From positions 124,001 to 188,000 of the forward strand of contig JAANOX010000034.1 of NCBI GenBank assembly GCA_020184695.1: a stretch of 64,000 nucleotides of DNA. The letters run 5' to 3'. The translations under genes and the position numbers were made by a program. Below, in pieces: positions 1-10,366 of the stretch. Position 1 is the first letter of the stretch, and the number at the start of each line of letters is the position of its first letter. The notes under the pieces were generated by a model, which had not been told where the DNA came from, ran no database searches, and saw only the letters and a program-made list of their open reading frames with translations. The stretch is from Histomonas meleagridis 2922-C6/04-290x (lineage: Eukaryota; Protista; Parabasalia).

Positions 1-97
1 TTTTTGCTTTTTGTTTATTGAATTGGCAAGTGAAAAATTTGAGAACGTTTAAATGTGAAGTGAAGTGAACGGCAAAATCAAAAAATTAAAAAATATT

Positions 98-922
98 TTA
101 TTCGTCGTCCGAAAACTTTACAACACGTGACGGCCGTACAAACGTATGATCTTGAAGGAGTTCATATGGAATGAATTGGATTAATGATTGACGCCTTAGA
201 TTTCGGATTTCAAGATATCGGGAAATGTCTTTCTTCTCTATTGGAGTCGGCGCAAGTATTTCCATGTCTTCGTCGTTAATGAATGAATCTTTTGTGATTT
301 CGATGTCACCAAATATTTTGTCATAATTATTTATCATCATTGTAATTGTCCTGTTTTGTGATGTGTTACTCATTATTTGTGATTCAGCTGTTTCATCTTT
401 CTTTCGTGGGGATAGTAAATTTGGAGCAAAAACAATCGCAATGTTACTAGCGGTCATTTTAGATGTGGTTGACGCAGCAACATCAGCAAAAAACTTAAAC
501 AAATAAGCAAATGTCAGTAAGCGAGAAACAGAAAAATTGTTCAATATCGCTTTGTATTTTTGAACAGCTTCTTCTGTAGTTTTCGCCGAATCCGGAATGT
601 TTATCATTTCATTGTAATATTCACTTGGAATTAATGGATCTTTTGGTACTAAATCTCGGAAATATTTTTTGAGCGTGCATGCTATTGTGTGAATGTTTGT
701 ATACTGTGACCAATCTTTGACTCTTCCTCTGTCTAACTCTCTGCATAAGTTTGAAATCCCTTCTGCTGATCCACTTAATCGAAAAATTCCTTCGGTATCA
801 ACGCCGCCAAGTTCGCGTAATTTTTCGACAATATCAGTGACTATAAAAGGGATTTTTCCACCAAATTGTTCGGGCGATCTTGAGAAATACTGTGGGTCTT
901 GGTCAAAAGGTTTTTCGTTCAT
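98..922 (-). CDS. RhoGAP domain protein
   Basis: GIFRLSG arginine-finger motif, IACTLKKYFR and KMTASNIAIVFAPNLL. The ORF track starts at TTG 1030; the first ATG (MNEKPF) is at 922. Confidence 0.9.
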   Translation of the reverse strand: MNEKPFDQDPQYFSRSPEQFGGKIPFIVTDIVEKLRELGGVDTEGIFRLSGSAEGISNLCRELDRGRVKDWSQYTNIHTIACTLKKYFRDLVPKDPLIPSEYYNEMINIPDSAKTTEEAVQKYKAILNNFSVSRLLTFAYLFKFFADVAASTTSKMTASNIAIVFAPNLLSPRKKDETAESQIMSNTSQNRTITMMINNYDKIFGDIEITKDSFINDEDMEILAPTPIEKKDISRYLEIRNLRRQSLIQFIPYELLQDHTFVRPSRVVKFSDDE

Positions 923-983
923 TTGCCACTTTTCGTAACCGTTTGAAAACAGTACGTTAAGTAAACAATTAAAGCCATTAAAT

Positions 984-1598
984 ATGAAGAGCAAAGAAAG
1001 AACAAATTCTTCAAAAAATAATGAAAACATTGAAGAAGAGTTCTCACGGAAACTGTTGAAATTAATTAGCTCATGTTATGAATCACAATCTGATTTTCAG
1101 TTTCAAATCAATAATGTAAACAATAAAAATAATATCCCTTTTGAAAGTCCTGTTATTGACCTTAAGCTAGAAAAACAACAAAAAGCGATGATCGAACAAA
1201 TAAATCAATTAAATGAAAATTATTCAGAAAAAGCAGAAAAAATATCAAACATGCTTAGCCAAGCAAAAGATGAAGATATAAGTGATGTGTTTGATTTAAA
1301 AAGAGTAACAGCAAATGAAACACCTAGAACAAAACAAAAAAATGTTACAATTTCGCCAAAAAAAACTCCTCGTTCACTTAACATACAACAAGTAGAAAAA
1401 GAATACCGTCAAAAACTTGCTGAGTCTGAACGCACAGGAAGAGAAAATTGTTTAAAAAGAATTGCTAAACTTCAAAATTCTCCAAATATTTTGAAATCTC
1501 CAAAATCCAAAACGCCACAAAAGAAAAATGTACAAAGTACGCCAAGAAAGCCATTCCAGACGCCGAGTTCATCAAAACAAAGGTTTTACTATTACTAG
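984..1598 (+). CDS. Hypothetical basic/coiled-coil protein, 204 aa
   Basis: Intact ATG ORF divergent from RhoGAP across 61 bp; many S/T-P-K/R sites; no recognisable domain. Confidence 0.6.
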   Translation: MKSKERTNSSKNNENIEEEFSRKLLKLISSCYESQSDFQFQINNVNNKNNIPFESPVIDLKLEKQQKAMIEQINQLNENYSEKAEKISNMLSQAKDEDISDVFDLKRVTANETPRTKQKNVTISPKKTPRSLNIQQVEKEYRQKLAESERTGRENCLKRIAKLQNSPNILKSPKSKTPQKKNVQSTPRKPFQTPSSSKQRFYYY

Positions 1599-1765
1599 AT
1601 TTCGACAAATATTTTTAATATTTATTATCTTCATATATATTTTTTTAAAATAAACCCATTTTTCTTTGGAATTAGTCATTTTCATCTCATTTTCATGTGT
1701 TTTTTTCTTGAGAGAAAATCATTGTAACCGTTTACTTATGTACGTTACTGCAAATCTTTGAAAAA

Positions 1766-2728
1766 ATGGAAGAGAAGAAAAAATTCACATATGGAAAAAT
1801 GTATGAAAGGAAATATGATCCATTCGATCCAACGCTTGGGATGATGCACCTTGATATTGTTCATATGCTTGATATCATTGATAATCCACAAGCAACTAAA
1901 GCTAACAAAATCAAAGCATTACGTTTGCTAAATGAAGTTCTGCCAGGTAGGCAACAAGAAGCCAATTCTCATAATGCTATTAACATCATTCGCCCATTTT
2001 TAATGCAGCCTCCAAATGGACTTTTACTTAATTCATTATGTGTATTTAACACACTTATTAACACTGCCGATATTGCCAAAGCTATGCTTCCTGATGTTCC
2101 AAGACTTGCTGAAATTCTCAATCCTGATAATGAACCGCCTATCAGATTTGAAGCTGCTAAACTTCTTCGTATCATTGCAGAATTCGTTGGTCCAGAACCA
2201 CCTTTTCTTTCTGGCTCAGTTCCATCATGGCTTACAACAGCTGTTTCAAGTGATGATTCTGATCCACAATTCCTTTTCCAGGCATATGGCCTTCTTTCTA
2301 AGCTTGCCAACAAACAAAGTATTCGTATTCCTCTTGTTGATTCTTCCAATTTTCTTAAGATATTGAATAATTCTTTTTCAAATCCACAACTTTGTAATGC
2401 ATCCATAATATTGGCATCTAACATTGCAATGGATACGAGTCACCGCGGAAAGATTGCTCTTATAAACTCGGGTATTTTGCCGAACATTTCAGAATGCTTA
2501 AAGAATAATGATTCTAAAATCAGATATGGAGCATTGTCTTTAATGGCACTCCTTGCCGTACCTTTGCAGGGTAAAACAAGTATAGCAACAAATGAAAATT
2601 TGCCAAAGCAAATTGTTGAAATTGAAAATAATGATCAAGATGAAGGATGTAGAAAAGCAGCTGCTGGTGTCCATGTTATTGTTGCGGAATTGCCAATGGC
2701 AAAAGAAATTTTAGATAAGTATAAATAA
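1766..2728 (+). CDS. Armadillo-repeat protein (possibly RSP14/RTDR1-like)
   Basis: Helical Leu-rich repeats (GILPNISECLK, IRYGALSLMALLA); 320 aa. The RSP14 resemblance is by size and pattern only. Confidence 0.65.
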   Translation: MEEKKKFTYGKMYERKYDPFDPTLGMMHLDIVHMLDIIDNPQATKANKIKALRLLNEVLPGRQQEANSHNAINIIRPFLMQPPNGLLLNSLCVFNTLINTADIAKAMLPDVPRLAEILNPDNEPPIRFEAAKLLRIIAEFVGPEPPFLSGSVPSWLTTAVSSDDSDPQFLFQAYGLLSKLANKQSIRIPLVDSSNFLKILNNSFSNPQLCNASIILASNIAMDTSHRGKIALINSGILPNISECLKNNDSKIRYGALSLMALLAVPLQGKTSIATNENLPKQIVEIENNDQDEGCRKAAAGVHVIVAELPMAKEILDKYK

Positions 2729-2957
2729 ATTATATTGGAGATGTTATATTCCATAATAAATTAACAAATTTTAGGTACTTCAAGTATGTTATTATCATAA
2801 GTTAAATAATCAAAATATTTTTCTGACTATTAATTATCTAAAATTATACTTAAATTACAATAAATTTGAACAGTATATGCAGAAAACCTATTTGAATTGT
2901 TTAAAAAAATGTAAGAAATGTAATAAAAAGTAAAAACATTTTATTAATGATGAATCA

Positions 2958-3211
2958 TCACGACAGGAGTAATCTGAATTGAGTTTTCGGACAAATCCGA
3001 CGATGTACATTTGACTCAAAATCGCAGTGGAATGGGCCGTTTCATCCAAAAAAGGTCGTTGCTTACGCTCGCTTTATGGTCGTCTCTGGTTCCCACTCTT
3101 GCGTTCACCGCAAGCTCCGCCAAGAAAGCGAATTGCACTCTCAGACTTTCCCACAGCAATAGACTGAACGAGTCAGTCAGTATGGTTGCTGTTGCACATC
3201 CTCCGCCGTGA
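2958..3211 (-). ncRNA. RPR1: Nuclear RNase P RNA (eukaryotic type), ~254 nt
   Basis: Minus strand shows CR-I GGGAAAGTCTGAG and CR-V AACTCAATTCAGATTACTC (P4 pseudoknot halves), P1 TCACGGC-GGAG/CTCC-GTCGTGA, P2 GATGTGCA/TGTACATC, P3 ACAGCAA..GACTGA/TCAGTC..TTGCTGT, CR-III-like TGAAA, CR-IV-like GAGTCAAA and P19 TCGGA/TCCGA. Confidence 0.92.
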
Positions 3212-3323
3212 CAATTGGCCCAGAATTGAATTATATCGGTCGGTTTTACTATCGTAGGTTTTTGTGTACTTTACAGGGAACGCTTGGCTTCGATGCCGTT
3301 TATTTTATGCCACCATTATCGTT

Positions 3324-3348
3324 TTTTATGGCGCCATAAAATGGCGCC
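3324..3348. promoter_or_regulatory. 18-bp perfect palindrome TTTTATGGCGCCATAAAA plus a second ATGGCGCC, upstream of the RNase P RNA gene
   Basis: Sequence seen directly; function is inferred from position only. Confidence 0.35.
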
Positions 3349-3668
3349 GTTTTTGATTTGGCATTTATTATATCAAAATAGTTAATTCTATAGATCTTGA
3401 TCGAGTAATTTTGCAATTTTCTTAAATATTTTTTTATATTTTAATGTTTTTTCTTCGAAAACACATTTTAAAATTTGTAATTATTTTTGAAGATTAAGAT
3501 AAATAAATGTTTTCATATCAGTTTTTTAAAAATATAGAAAGAACGCATTGAAAATAATATTTTAATAACATAAAAAAATGAAGATATATGGGGGAAAAAA
3601 TGAGACAATCTGTTGTAAACGTTCTTTGAAAAAAATTCGCATTGAAAGTTGACTTATCATAACGGATT

Positions 3669-4607
3669 ATGCCATTGAAAAAGTTTTCAAATCCTCCTAT
3701 GTCTTCATCTCGTTATAACAAGCTCGAAAAACTTGGAGAAGGAACATTTTGTACTGTCTTTTGCGCACAAAGCATAAAGGAAAAAGAAAAAGTTATAATG
3801 AAACTAGTACGACTTGATCAAGAAGAAGATGGGATCCCTTCCTCAACACTCAGAGAAGTTTCAATTTTAAAAACCTTATCACACCCTAACATAATTACAC
3901 TACGTGATGTTATTTGCGAAAAGTCCAAAATCTCTTTGGTTTATGATTATATGGATTGTGACTTAAAACGTTATTTGGATTTTAACAAAAAGCCAATTAG
4001 TAGTGCCCTCTTACGTTCTTATTCATATCAAATGCTTGCCGGTACATTTTTTTTACACTCAAATGGAATTATTCATAATAATCTAAAACCAGAACATCTT
4101 CTGATTGACAAAACTGGTTTCCTTAAAATCTGTGACTTTGGGTGTTCTCTTATGAGTGGTCATTCTGTTTGTCAAGTTGATAATAATTTGGCAATGCTTT
4201 GGTTTAAAGCTCCAGAATCAATATTAAATTCACCAAAATGCGACGACAAAATTGACCTTTGGAGTTGTGGTTGTATAATAGCCACTCTTTCTCGAGGTAA
4301 GGTTTTGTTCAATGGAGATTCCATCATTGACCAAATAATGAAAATATTGGATATTTTCGGGAAACCAACAGAAGAAGAATGGCCAGACTTTCACAAGCTC
4401 ATTAATCCAAAGATATCATTCCCAAAAGAACCTGGAAAAGGTTTAAAGTCGGCTCTTCCAGATGACATTGATCCATTGCTCTTCGACTTGATACAAAAGC
4501 TTCTTGTGTTAAATCCCGAAAAGAGAATTAATGCGAGAGATGCTTTGAGTCATCCATATTTTAACGATGTTCCTGCTGCGCTTGTTAAGTTGTGTGGTTG
4601 TTGTTGA
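3669..4607 (+). CDS. CDK-family kinase-like protein, probable pseudokinase
   Basis: KLGEGTF Gly loop, PSSTLRE (PSTAIRE-like) helix, DFG and WFKAPE are present, but the catalytic loop reads HNNLKPEH instead of HRDLKPQN. Likely start is ATG 3699. Confidence 0.85.
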   Translation: MPLKKFSNPPMSSSRYNKLEKLGEGTFCTVFCAQSIKEKEKVIMKLVRLDQEEDGIPSSTLREVSILKTLSHPNIITLRDVICEKSKISLVYDYMDCDLKRYLDFNKKPISSALLRSYSYQMLAGTFFLHSNGIIHNNLKPEHLLIDKTGFLKICDFGCSLMSGHSVCQVDNNLAMLWFKAPESILNSPKCDDKIDLWSCGCIIATLSRGKVLFNGDSIIDQIMKILDIFGKPTEEEWPDFHKLINPKISFPKEPGKGLKSALPDDIDPLLFDLIQKLLVLNPEKRINARDALSHPYFNDVPAALVKLCGCC

Positions 4608-5137
4608 TATGATGTTGTTGTTTTATGTTTAATAAATTGGTTTGCTATAAATTTAATTAGTTTTTGTTTATTTTTGGCATGAATAATATATTTGTTGATA
4701 AAATATTAGATTTTAGATTTTTTTTTACCTCATTTTTTAATTGGTATTGCGAATAGTACAAAAGATATGAATTTACATTTTATTAAGAAAACCCAAATAT
4801 TTTCATTTAGATAATATTCCTTTTCTTTCAAAATTTTATCGATTTTAGAATTAATTTAATTAAATTTCTTATAATAAAAAGATAGTGCATTTAAATAAAC
4901 ATTTTTATAGAAGATATTTGTTCAAAAATTGTAGGAAAAAAATTAATGAAATGTTTACCTGTAAAGAAACAGAAAATATTTATTATGATGATTCAATTAT
5001 GTTAACCTAATTTAAGTTTTTAATTTTTTCTTGAGATTTTAATTTCTTTCTACTAAATGAAAAGATGATATTATGTAAAAAAGTTTGAATTACTTAGAAC
5101 TTTTTTGTAATCAGTATAAAAAGTTCTAACAGCATCC

Positions 5138-5174
5138 AAAGTGACCGTTTGATAATGGCCGTCCTTTTTGGCTA
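5138..5174 (+). promoter_or_regulatory. Trichomonad-type core promoter of RPL10A: AAAGTGAC (M2-like), ACCGTTT (M3-like), CCTTT (M5-like)
   Basis: Motifs at 5138-5145, 5144-5150 and 5163-5167, just before ATG 5175. M5 is known from Trichomonas ribosomal protein promoters. Confidence 0.65.
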
Positions 5175-5828
5175 ATGTCACGCATTCACCAAGAAAACTT
5201 AAGATCAGCTATTGCTGAAATCCTTGACTACTCCAACAACAAGAAGAAGAGGAAGTTTACTGAAACCATCGAACTTCAAATCCGTCTTAAGGGTTACAAC
5301 ATTGCTAAGGATAAGCGTTTCATTGGAAGCATCAAACTTCCAAACGTTATCCGTCCAGGACTCCGTATTGGTATTATGGGTGATAAAATCCATTGTGAAC
5401 AAGCAGCTGCTATCAATGTTCCATACTATGATCTTCAAACACTTACCAACTTCAACAAGGATAAGAAGACAATCAAGTACTGGGCTAAAAAGCACCACCT
5501 CTTCCTTGCTTCTGATACCATCATCAAGAACCTTAACAAGACATTAGGTCCAGCTTTCAACAAGACAGGTAAATTCCCAGCACCAATCCGTTCATCAGAT
5601 AAGGTTGCTGATGCTGTTGATGAAGCCCGCAAGACAGTCAAGTTTAGGCTTAAGAAATCAATCGCATTTGGTGTTGCCGTCGCTAACGTTGCAATGAAGC
5701 CAGAGCAAGTTTACCAAAATGTAATGCTTGCTACAAACTATGTTGTTTCTCTTCTTAAGAAGCAATGGCAATCAATTGGTGCAATCACACTTCACTCAAC
5801 AATGGGCAAGCCACACCGTGTTTACTAA
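5175..5828 (+). CDS. RPL10A: 60S ribosomal protein L10a (uL1)
   Basis: KKRKFTETIELQIRLKGY..KDKRFIGSIKLP, FLASDTIIK, GKFP, STMGKPHRVY; 217 aa; biased codon usage. Confidence 0.97.
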   Translation: MSRIHQENLRSAIAEILDYSNNKKKRKFTETIELQIRLKGYNIAKDKRFIGSIKLPNVIRPGLRIGIMGDKIHCEQAAAINVPYYDLQTLTNFNKDKKTIKYWAKKHHLFLASDTIIKNLNKTLGPAFNKTGKFPAPIRSSDKVADAVDEARKTVKFRLKKSIAFGVAVANVAMKPEQVYQNVMLATNYVVSLLKKQWQSIGAITLHSTMGKPHRVY

Positions 5829-6097
5829 ACACACTCTACAAGTAAGCATTGTTAATTTTTTTCCTATGCATTTTCTGAAATAATTATAAATCTACAATTG
5901 AAAATTTTCATGAAGAATTATTACACACTAATTGTTCACCTAAAGTTGTTAGCACTAAAGACAACAACTTTATCATTATAATGTGATTGAGGAACGAGGA
6001 ATTCACTTTTTTCTGACTTTTTGATACATAGGAAACAGAGTTAGTCAATTTGATGTACTTTTGGCTAAAACCGTTTAATTTCACCAAGGAACCTGAA

Positions 6098-6493
6098 ATG
6101 GCTGTTACAGAAGAAGAACAGAACAAATTGATGCAATTTGCACGATACACGGCATTAGCAGCTGATGAATTATGTAGCAACCTTATCGAATTTTCAAATC
6201 AATTAGAAAAAAATAATATAATTCCTTCTGATCGTCCAACCAAAAAGCAATGCAAATCTCAATTAGTCAGCAACCGTAAGAAGTGTGTTCCAAACGAAGA
6301 AAAAGTTAAAGAGATGCTTGAGAAAGTCAAAAGCCATCCAGATGCAGAATCCTTAGTTGCATCACTTTTCAGGGATCTTAACCCAACTATGGTCAAGCGC
6401 ATGACTACTAAACCCAAAGAAGAAACTGAAAAGGAAAAAGATAAAGAAAAAGAAAAAGACAATGAAAAGGAGAAAGAAAACTCAAGTAAATAA
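6098..6493 (+). CDS. Hypothetical protein with charged KE-rich tail
   Basis: ORF track 6050-6493; ATG 6098 is preceded by AACCGTT and TTCACC promoter-like motifs. Confidence 0.6.
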   Translation: MAVTEEEQNKLMQFARYTALAADELCSNLIEFSNQLEKNNIIPSDRPTKKQCKSQLVSNRKKCVPNEEKVKEMLEKVKSHPDAESLVASLFRDLNPTMVKRMTTKPKEETEKEKDKEKEKDNEKEKENSSK

Positions 6494-6526
6494 ATATCAT
6501 TATCATATTAAAAAACATTTACAATT

Positions 6527-8958
6527 TTAATGAGGGACAGTATCTAAACCATTTTCTTTCAAGAACATTAAAAACTTCTGACAAATGATTTTGTTATTTT
6601 CATTCTGGTCTAATTCATCATCCAAATCAATCAATTCCATTACCAATTCCTTACCTGCTTCAACTACGCAAATCTTCAAATTCTCTGGGAAGAATTGGAA
6701 AGCGTTCATTACGGTCTCAAGGAAAGAAGCAGAATGCGCTCCGCCGATCAGAATCTGTGTAAACAATTGAATTGCGTTCAATTCGATTTTATCGGCAAAA
6801 TAATTCAAGAAAAATTCCGCAATTAAATAATATGAATTTGGGTCTTTTGTTGTTTGTAAGAATTTTAATGTTTGTTGATATATATTTAAGATATCATTTT
6901 TTATTTCATTTTGACATTTCAAGCCGAATTTTAATAAAATATATGCTGCCGAAATCCAATCGATTTCATTATTTATTACAATTTGTTGATTAGCAAATTG
7001 ACGAATTTTTTCGATGATTTCATTAAACAAATAAAAATTATTTCGTTCAACTATACTTAAGAACACAGAAGAAACATCAGAAAATGAAATAAATTCATTT
7101 CCATTCACAAACATAAAACATAAGTCGATAATTCTCAAGAAATTTTGATCCAAAATTGGAACAAATTTCAAAATCACACCAAACAAAGAAAACATATAAT
7201 CATATGCAGGAACAAAAGTTATATTATTCGATATCATAATTAAAGGATCCAATAAACTCATACAAACCTTTTGGCATAAATCATTTGAATATGAATTCGT
7301 AATTTTAATAATTATTATTAAAATATTTATAATTTCCATTGATGAATAACCATTTTTTGATGAAGAAAATGTGACGAAAAGTTTTAATAGTTCTTGAATC
7401 AGTTCATTAATTATTGGAATAATTTGTTCCTTAAAGAATAAAATTAATTTCTTTATTGCAATTATAATATATGAATTTTCTAACTCATTTTCAAGTTGTA
7501 TAAATAATGAAAATATTTGTGGAATCGAATTCGAACATAAATTTTTAATTTGTTCTTTTTCATTATCATCTTTAATCAGTTGGAACAAATACGCTGATGA
7601 TAATGCAGCATAATATTGTACTGTTTTATCCGGATCAAAGATATGTTGAAATGATGTCTCTAAAAACTTTATGTCAAGTGATAACTCTTGAAATGATGAA
7701 ATTAATCCAAAAAATGCAATTCGATGAATGACTTCATTCGAATTAGAAAATGGTATTAAATGATTTAGAAATGTAATTAATATGTTTCGATCAATATCAA
7801 TGATTTCTTTAGAAATAGTTGACAATAAAAATAACGAATGTACAAAAAGTTCATTTCCATTTTGTGATAAAATAAATTGTAAAAATATCGGAAACAAATT
7901 CGGAAATTGTTTGAAATAAAGTGTTACTAAAGACTTCGACGAATGAATTGGATCTTTCCAAAAACTATGGTACTCTATGATGTGTACTTCAGCAAAAAGA
8001 GGTAAAATAATTTTCGTTGTAATATCGAAAAAATTGTTTTGAAATTCTGCTAAAAAGAAATTTTGCCTTAATAAGTTATATAACACTTTGAAGGAATAAC
8101 TTAGAACTAAAGGTGGCGGATTTGATTGGATAACGGTAAGAACAAAACGGAAAATGTCAATCGGCAAATTATTGGAAATTATTGGATATTGCGATAATGA
8201 TAATAGTTTATATTGGATGATCTTAACACTAATATCTGAAGCGTTGTTGTCATTTTGAAGACATTTGGCAAGCCAAAATGAGCCAATGTTTGGATTTGTT
8301 TCTAATATTATTGAAAAAATTCGATTGGGTATATGAGAAATAAAGCGATAAGAAAACATTGACGTTTCATCTGGAATTTGGTTTTGGCTGATTATTTGGG
8401 TGAGAGATTCAACGTATTGTTGAAGAAATGGAATGAAACGATCATTAGATTGAAATGAATAAAGGTTCAAAAATGGTCTGGAAATTAGTAAAGAATATTT
8501 AATGTTGGTAGCAAGAGATGAAGATAATATATTCATTAATGGTTCAATGCATTGACTTGATAATAATTTTTTAACAATTATTTTAATAAACTTTATAAGA
8601 ACAGGCATTAGCTGTGGTTGGGCTTCATCAACAATTTTAGGAAATTGCGTTAAAATATTAAGCCAAAAATTAATGTCATATAAATTGAAAGAAAAAAATA
8701 CATAGCGAGTAAGAAAAATTGTAGCAGCATTTCGTGTTGAAATTTTGTAATTTGGAGATCCGATTATTTCTAAAAGAACAATAGGAAATTGTGGATTTGG
8801 AATAAATTGTAATAATAAATGTGTAGCTTGGTTTACTTCTTCGTTTGAGCCGGTGTAACTTTTCTCTAGAAGAAAGGCAACTGATTGAGCAGAAAGGTGA
8901 CTTTCAAGGTTTGAAATTTCGAATAATGGAATTCAAATGTTTACATGAAAAGAACCAT
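6527..8958 (-). CDS. Importin-beta/karyopherin family HEAT-repeat protein; 5' structure uncertain
   Basis: ORF 6527-8608 stays open a further 108 codons upstream (to 8932), encoding an importin N-terminal-like segment (SAQSVAFLLEKSY..EEVNQATHLL..STRNAATIFL) with no in-frame ATG. Nearest plausible ATG is 8958. Confidence 0.7.
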
Positions 8959-9313
8959 GCTGCAAGAAAAAATAGAAATTATTAATGTAAAAGAAAGAAT
9001 TACAGTGCTATTACTTAAATATTTCTAAATTTCCTAAGACTCACATCAAAATTTTTGTTTTGAATTACAAAGAACTTTTGATCAAATCTAATTAGAATAT
9101 TTATTAAACAAACACCAACTAGTTAAAAAACCAACGGTAATTTCACTTAAAATAAATAATTAGTATGATGAGGAGTCTAAAGTAGAGAAAAATTACCAAG
9201 TTAATAATGCAATACCACCAGACGTTTAATCCCCCGCCAACACAGATTCACTTTTTCAAAGAAAATAATTGTCATTTTTTCATTTCATTTCAAAAACCGA
9301 AGGTCAGGAATCC

Positions 9314-9793
9314 ATGAGTTTGCAACCAACATTTACTAGAATTCTTGATTTTGTTTGCCAAAATCCATCTCAAATCCGACAAATAGAAGAGGGACTTCAA
9401 AATATCAAAATAAATCTTCTCAGCTATTCACTTCATCCAGTAAATGAAGAAGTTCCAAAATTCGAGCCAACAATCAAAAAGAAAAAGGAAGCTTTTGACT
9501 ACAAAAATTCTGCAGCTTATGTGCTTCTTACTGACAAATTTGGAACAAATGTTAGGCAACAAGAATTAGTTAAAATAGCTACAAAAATTGGAAAGAAATT
9601 AAACATTAAAGTTGACCGTGACTCAAAAAGACGAAAAGACCTATTGTATAAATGGTTTCAAGATCATTTAGAAGAAATTACGCCAATACTAAAATCAGTA
9701 TTAGTATTTGACAAAAATGGAACCATTCGCAAAACACAGACATTTAACAGAATTGATGACACTGAAGTCAATGATTTCCCAGAAGAACAATAA
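9314..9793 (+). CDS. Trichomonad-type conserved hypothetical protein (DRDSKRRKDLLYKWF motif)
   Basis: The motif resembles an expanded trichomonad hypothetical family (recollection, not searched). First ATG is 9314. Confidence 0.6.
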   Translation: MSLQPTFTRILDFVCQNPSQIRQIEEGLQNIKINLLSYSLHPVNEEVPKFEPTIKKKKEAFDYKNSAAYVLLTDKFGTNVRQQELVKIATKIGKKLNIKVDRDSKRRKDLLYKWFQDHLEEITPILKSVLVFDKNGTIRKTQTFNRIDDTEVNDFPEEQ

Positions 9794-10366
9794 TAATGTA
9801 TTAAATGTATTTATAAATTAATCACATTTCATTTTTTTAATAATAAATCTTTATTATTTCAAAGCAGTATATTTTAAAATTAAAATTCCTTTAGTGATTA
9901 AAATATAACCAAAGTAGCAACTAATATGAAATAACATATTATTTTTACATATTTTATATATATAATTTTAATAAATTGGCATCTCTATCTTATTTTGGGT
10001 AGATTCAAATAATAGTTGTAGAGCACTATCCTCAGAATTTGAGTTAAAAATACTAAATAGCAATTATTTTTACCAACAGACTTGTACATGTTGATCATGA
10101 TTTTCTTTATTTATTCCTATTTTTACACATTAGGTAGGAATACTTTATCAAATAAATAAAAATCAAATAAAAATTCCTTTTATTGAGTAAAATCGGAGAG
10201 GGGGTCATTATTTATTAATTTATAAAAATTTTTCAAATACTGTAAAGCCACTTATTTATTGTTCTTTCTAATGAATGGAATTTATCAGATGTTTTCAAGT
10301 GGACTTTTGTTTGAAACGAGACGCAAATTACAAAACAAAATTTGTTTTATTATAATTACACATTTA

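Noticed and set aside
3011-3211. 66-aa plus-strand ORF
   Set aside because: It is the antisense of the RNase P RNA gene and starts at TTG.
5114-5132. GTATAAAAAGTTCTAACAG as a short type-B intron
   Set aside because: Only 19 nt, upstream of the predicted promoter, and does not match the 25-26 nt consensus.
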